Source: Selaginella moellendorffii
Taxonomy: Eukaryota; Plantae; Lycopodiophyta
Length of the DNA stretch: 64,000 bases
Direction: 5' to 3'
Assembly: GCF_000143415.4 (NCBI RefSeq)
Contig: NW_003314305.1
Location: 125,563 to 189,562 of the forward strand
The notes under the pieces are model-generated. The model was not told where the DNA came from and ran no database searches. It worked only from the letters and a program-made list of their open reading frames with translations. The position numbers were made by a program, and so were the translations under genes. Position 1 is the stretch's first letter. Each line of letters starts with the position of its first letter. Below are positions 60,301-64,000 of this stretch, one piece after another.

Positions 60301-63300
60301 CCAAGACTTCTTAATGGCATAAAGAAGTTAGATATACCCTTACGGGGGATAAATTGCTTATATTGCGATATAGTAAGTCAATATCATAAACGGGAATGCT
60401 CATTGTCAAGAAGCCATCATTGGGACACCCAAACACTCTAGAACACCAAGAGGTGGTGTTTCGTGTCGCAAAGGCAATAAATAAGGCCCAAGGGACTAAG
60501 TCCCTAGCGAATGATGGATAGTAGGTGCTATCCAAATGTCCAAGGTTGTGGAGACAGGAGAAGACTGTCTACCTGAATTGGACAAAGCCAAAAATGGAAT
60601 TTTGGCAAGGCTAGTGATGGGCATATAAAGGCCCATAAGTAGCAACATTAATCCTGATGTGTGGGATTATAAGGTGAGCATGCCCAAGATTGAGGAACCA
60701 CTCCCTAGGCTATTGGGTAAGTTCATCCCTAAGAATACTTGCTAAGGCATAGTAAAATGTGCAAAGCTATCCTCCTAGTCTGGAGGAGAATAACCAAAGG
60801 AAACATATAGGGCCAAAAGGCAAGTAGTATTGGGATGGAACTGAACCATAGAAATCAAAGGGCATATCCAACGGTGGTTATGCAAGTTGGGAGTGGAGAA
60901 TCAAGAGGGTGCTCGAGGATGTTGTTGCTAGCAACCATGATGCCATGGAGAGTCTAAAATATGGAATTGTCCATGTTAGACTATATGGCAACTATAAAAC
61001 TTGTGAAAAGGGAGGCCTTAGCAAGCTAAGGGACAGAGTTCCTTCAAGGTTCCCAAAAACGATTCTAGGTAGCTTAGTACCTAGAAAGGCCAAGTGTAGA
61101 TGGTTCATGAAACGCGCGAAATCAGAGTGGCGCAGCAAAAGCGTGGTCTTGAAGCTTGCTGTGAGGCAAGGCTATCAAGGTTAGGGAAGTAGTTCCTGAG
61201 TGTTCAAAGAGAGGGCTTTGAATGAAAGTCGATGGCCAAGAACTTTCACGCTTATGCAGGAACCATGTTATAGTGGTCAGAGGACTTGCCAAGTGAGATT
61301 GGCAAGTTGGGGGAACAAATACCCTAGTTGAAGGTGATAACTTCAAAAAGGGTGGGCCATGGGGCCAAGCATGGAGGAGTCCATGCATGATCACAGATTT
61401 GTCAAATGAGAGGACTTAACAGTGTGGAGGAACTAGGTTCCTAAGCTGTGATCTGTAGCATGCTTTAAGTATAAGTTGATGCACCGGCGTGATGAGTTAC
61501 GCCAGGCATCCTGGGTGATGCCGTCTGTAGATGCATATACGGAAGTTGGGTTTGAGTCCCGACCCTCTAGTGTTTGGGTTCGAGTCCCAAATCACTAGGG
61601 CGTGGTGATGGTTTGGAATATAAGGACACTCATATTTCGGTGGTCATGGACTCTCAGTGAGGAGACTGGCTTGGGCACACCACCAAGCGGGGGATGCTCC
61701 AGAGTCGTGATACACGGTTAGATTGCTTAGTGTGGCTCGGCATATCTAACTTGAACACTTTGGTGCGAGTGGCACCAAGGACGTGGTGAATGGGATGGGG
61801 ACACCCAGTCTCAGTTGCTATGGACCCTTGGCCGGAAGGGCTAGCTTGGGCACACCACCAAGTGTGGGAGATGCCCTCGGGGTCATAGTCAACAAGTTAA
61901 AGGTCTGGGAGATCTAGTACTTATTGGCAAACTTGTCAAGGTGCCAAGATTATATCACTAGGTGATCGTATGGCTAAACAAGGACGAAGTCCTTTTGAGG
62001 TTAAGGAACAAAGTTCCTAGTTCAAAGCGTTGATTTGAACTATTGATAATAGTGTGGCTTGGTCAAGGTGACCAAGTGGGAAGGACACCTAAGGGAAATG
62101 AACTACGATGATACAATGGTATTGTGAGTTCAAGAAAGTAGTCTCTAGAAAGGGGGTCACAATGTTGGGCCGTGGAAGGGGCCCATAGCAGAAGTTACTA
62201 AAGAGACCTACTAGGGGTGAGCACCCTCTGGACTTAGCGAAATAGAGCTTTGCCATGGAACCAAAAGAATACCTCAAGGAGGGAGGTAATGATCCTTTGT
62301 TACTCGATGCAACAATCAATGGATAGGAACAAAAGACTAGTGGCCAAGTTTGGACTATAGAATTTAATGGGAGGAATCCAAATGGCGAGGTTAGCCAAGG
62401 AACACTAATGTGTTTGATGCTAACGGATTGCGGGAAAGGAAGTGGACTTCCAAGATTAAATTCGCAAGTGCTCCAATTTGGCAAAATAAAAGTTCTAAGT
62501 GAGGAGTGACAAAGTAGCCAAAGGATAGGGCTATGGACAACCTTGGCACAAATGATGATAATTGGAACGTAGTGCCAAGGGTGGCACAAAATAGAAAAGA
62601 GGATGATGGTGCCCTGAAGTAGAGGACTTCCTAGGATAGGGAAGTGGACTTGCACAATATGTGCAATGCAAGGTGTCGGAGACACCTAGAAAATTGACTT
62701 CAAGAAGTCAAAAGTAAATGTTTCAAAGTGCAAAGGTTATGTCGATAGAATCTGAGATTACTCAAGAATGAGTAGTGGAATTGAGTTAGAGACGATGTCT
62801 CTAACAGGTTTAGCAAGAACTGAACCAATAAAAGGGAGCAAACCACCCCAGGTGGCTGAATGAGTCTCTATGTTGGAGAGACTATGCTCCTTAGAGGATG
62901 GACAAGGCATGGTGAGCCTTTGGTGTCAAACCATAGACAAATATTGGCCGGGGGCCAATGATGGAAATGGTAATACATGTGGGTGTTACTTTATAAAAGG
63001 GTTTACCGTTCGATGAGGACATCGAACTTTGTCTATGGGTGGTGGAGTTGTGAGACACAAAATCCCTAGGCCCCAAAGTGGAGCCAGAAGGGTGCCATGT
63101 GGTGGTGGCCGAAGCGAAAACCAAACGAGCGTAACACGTTTGGACTAAAAAGCTCCGACTTGAAAAGGTCGAGAGTGGGAGTGGAACTCTTAACGAAGTG
63201 CTTGAGGAACGAGCACGAAGCGAGCAATAAGTGAGGCTCCAAAAAGGGACCCAAAAGGACCAACACATAAGACGTGGAGGAGTCCGAGATGGAGTCCGAG

Positions 63301-64000
63301 ATGAACCCGAGATGGAGTCTGAGGTGGAGTCCGAGATGGACCCGAGATGGAGTCCGAGATCGAGTCCGAGATGGACCCGAGATGGAGTCCGAGATGGACC
63401 CGAGATGGAACCTGAGATGGACCCGAGATGGAACCCGAGATGGAGTCCAAGATGGAGTCCGAGATGGACCCGAGATGGAGTTCGAGATGGACCCGAGATG
63501 GAGTCTGAGATGGACCTGAGATGGAGTCCGAGATGGACCCGAGATGGAGTCCGAGATGGAGTCCGAGATGGACCCGAGATGGAGTCCGAGATGGACCCGA
63601 GATGGAGTCCGAGATGGAGTCCGAGATGGACCTGAGATGGAGTCCGAGATGGACTCGAGATGGAGTCTGAGATGGAACCGAGACTGAGACCGAGACCAAA
63701 GCCGAGACCGAGACCAAGTCCGAGTCCGAAACCGGGACCAAGACCGAGTCCGAGTCCGAGTTCAAGCCAAGTCCGAGTCCAAATACTAATACAGGCAGTT
63801 GGGTGAAAGCCCAAAGCGATCGTCCCCTTGGGGGGGGGGGGGGGGGGGGGGGGCCTTCCAGGGGTTCCAAAAATAAAAAAGGGAAAATGGGGGGGTTGGA
63901 CCCCCCTGGACCCCTTTTGGCCCGGAAAGGTTTTTTTGGCCCCAAAAATGGCCCCGGAAGGCCCAACCTAGGGTTGGGGGAAGAACTGCCCCCTGGGAAG
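57345..64000 (+). mobile_element. LARD-like element copy 2: 5' LTR 57345-59021, PBS 59025-59036, internal 59022-63048, PPT 63037-63047, 3' LTR from 63049 past the window end
   Basis: Reverse complement of copy 1 without the solo LTR; TAGTATCAGAGC PBS; GGGTGGTGGAG PPT. Confidence 0.93.

Noticed and set aside
40347-63966. Long RS/SD/HLGL/MESE-repeat ORFs (for example 40347-41255, 43701-44645, 62891-63814)
   Set aside because: By-products of stop-free LTR minisatellites; frames are not conserved between copies.
63825-64000. Apparent strong divergence of the last LTR
   Set aside because: Begins after a long poly-G run and drifts to homopolymers relative to 58050-58190; looks like low-quality read sequence.

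Overview
Plant nuclear DNA, most likely the lycophyte Selaginella (inferred from ~45-70 nt introns, very short intergenic spacers, intronless PLS-class PPR genes built from 31-aa motifs, and telo-boxes). Bases 1-33.85 kb are gene-dense: PLATZ TF, kiwellin, three PPR genes, tRNA-Thr(UGU), PRP17/CDC40, RRP12, a GAUT1-like GT8 and PetM. An accessory-looking block at 6.8-20.5 kb holds an intronless E2/F-box-like fusion, a Crinkler-type NTPase + restriction-endonuclease-fold gene with a frameshift, two paralogues of an unrecognised, probably organelle-targeted family, and deletion-eroded duplicates. Bases 33.86-64 kb are a nest of LTR retroelements up to four levels deep. The nest is interrupted at 50.5-54.4 kb by gene fragments (queuine tRNA-ribosyltransferase), a perfect hairpin and an intronless DxDxT HAD/NIF phosphatase. 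The most unusual signal is a non-coding LARD-like LTR family with minisatellite-bearing LTRs. Its internal domain carries a dense hairpin array with tandem tRNA T-arm/B-box motifs, and the stems are preserved between the two copies. All calls are by eye; no searches were run.
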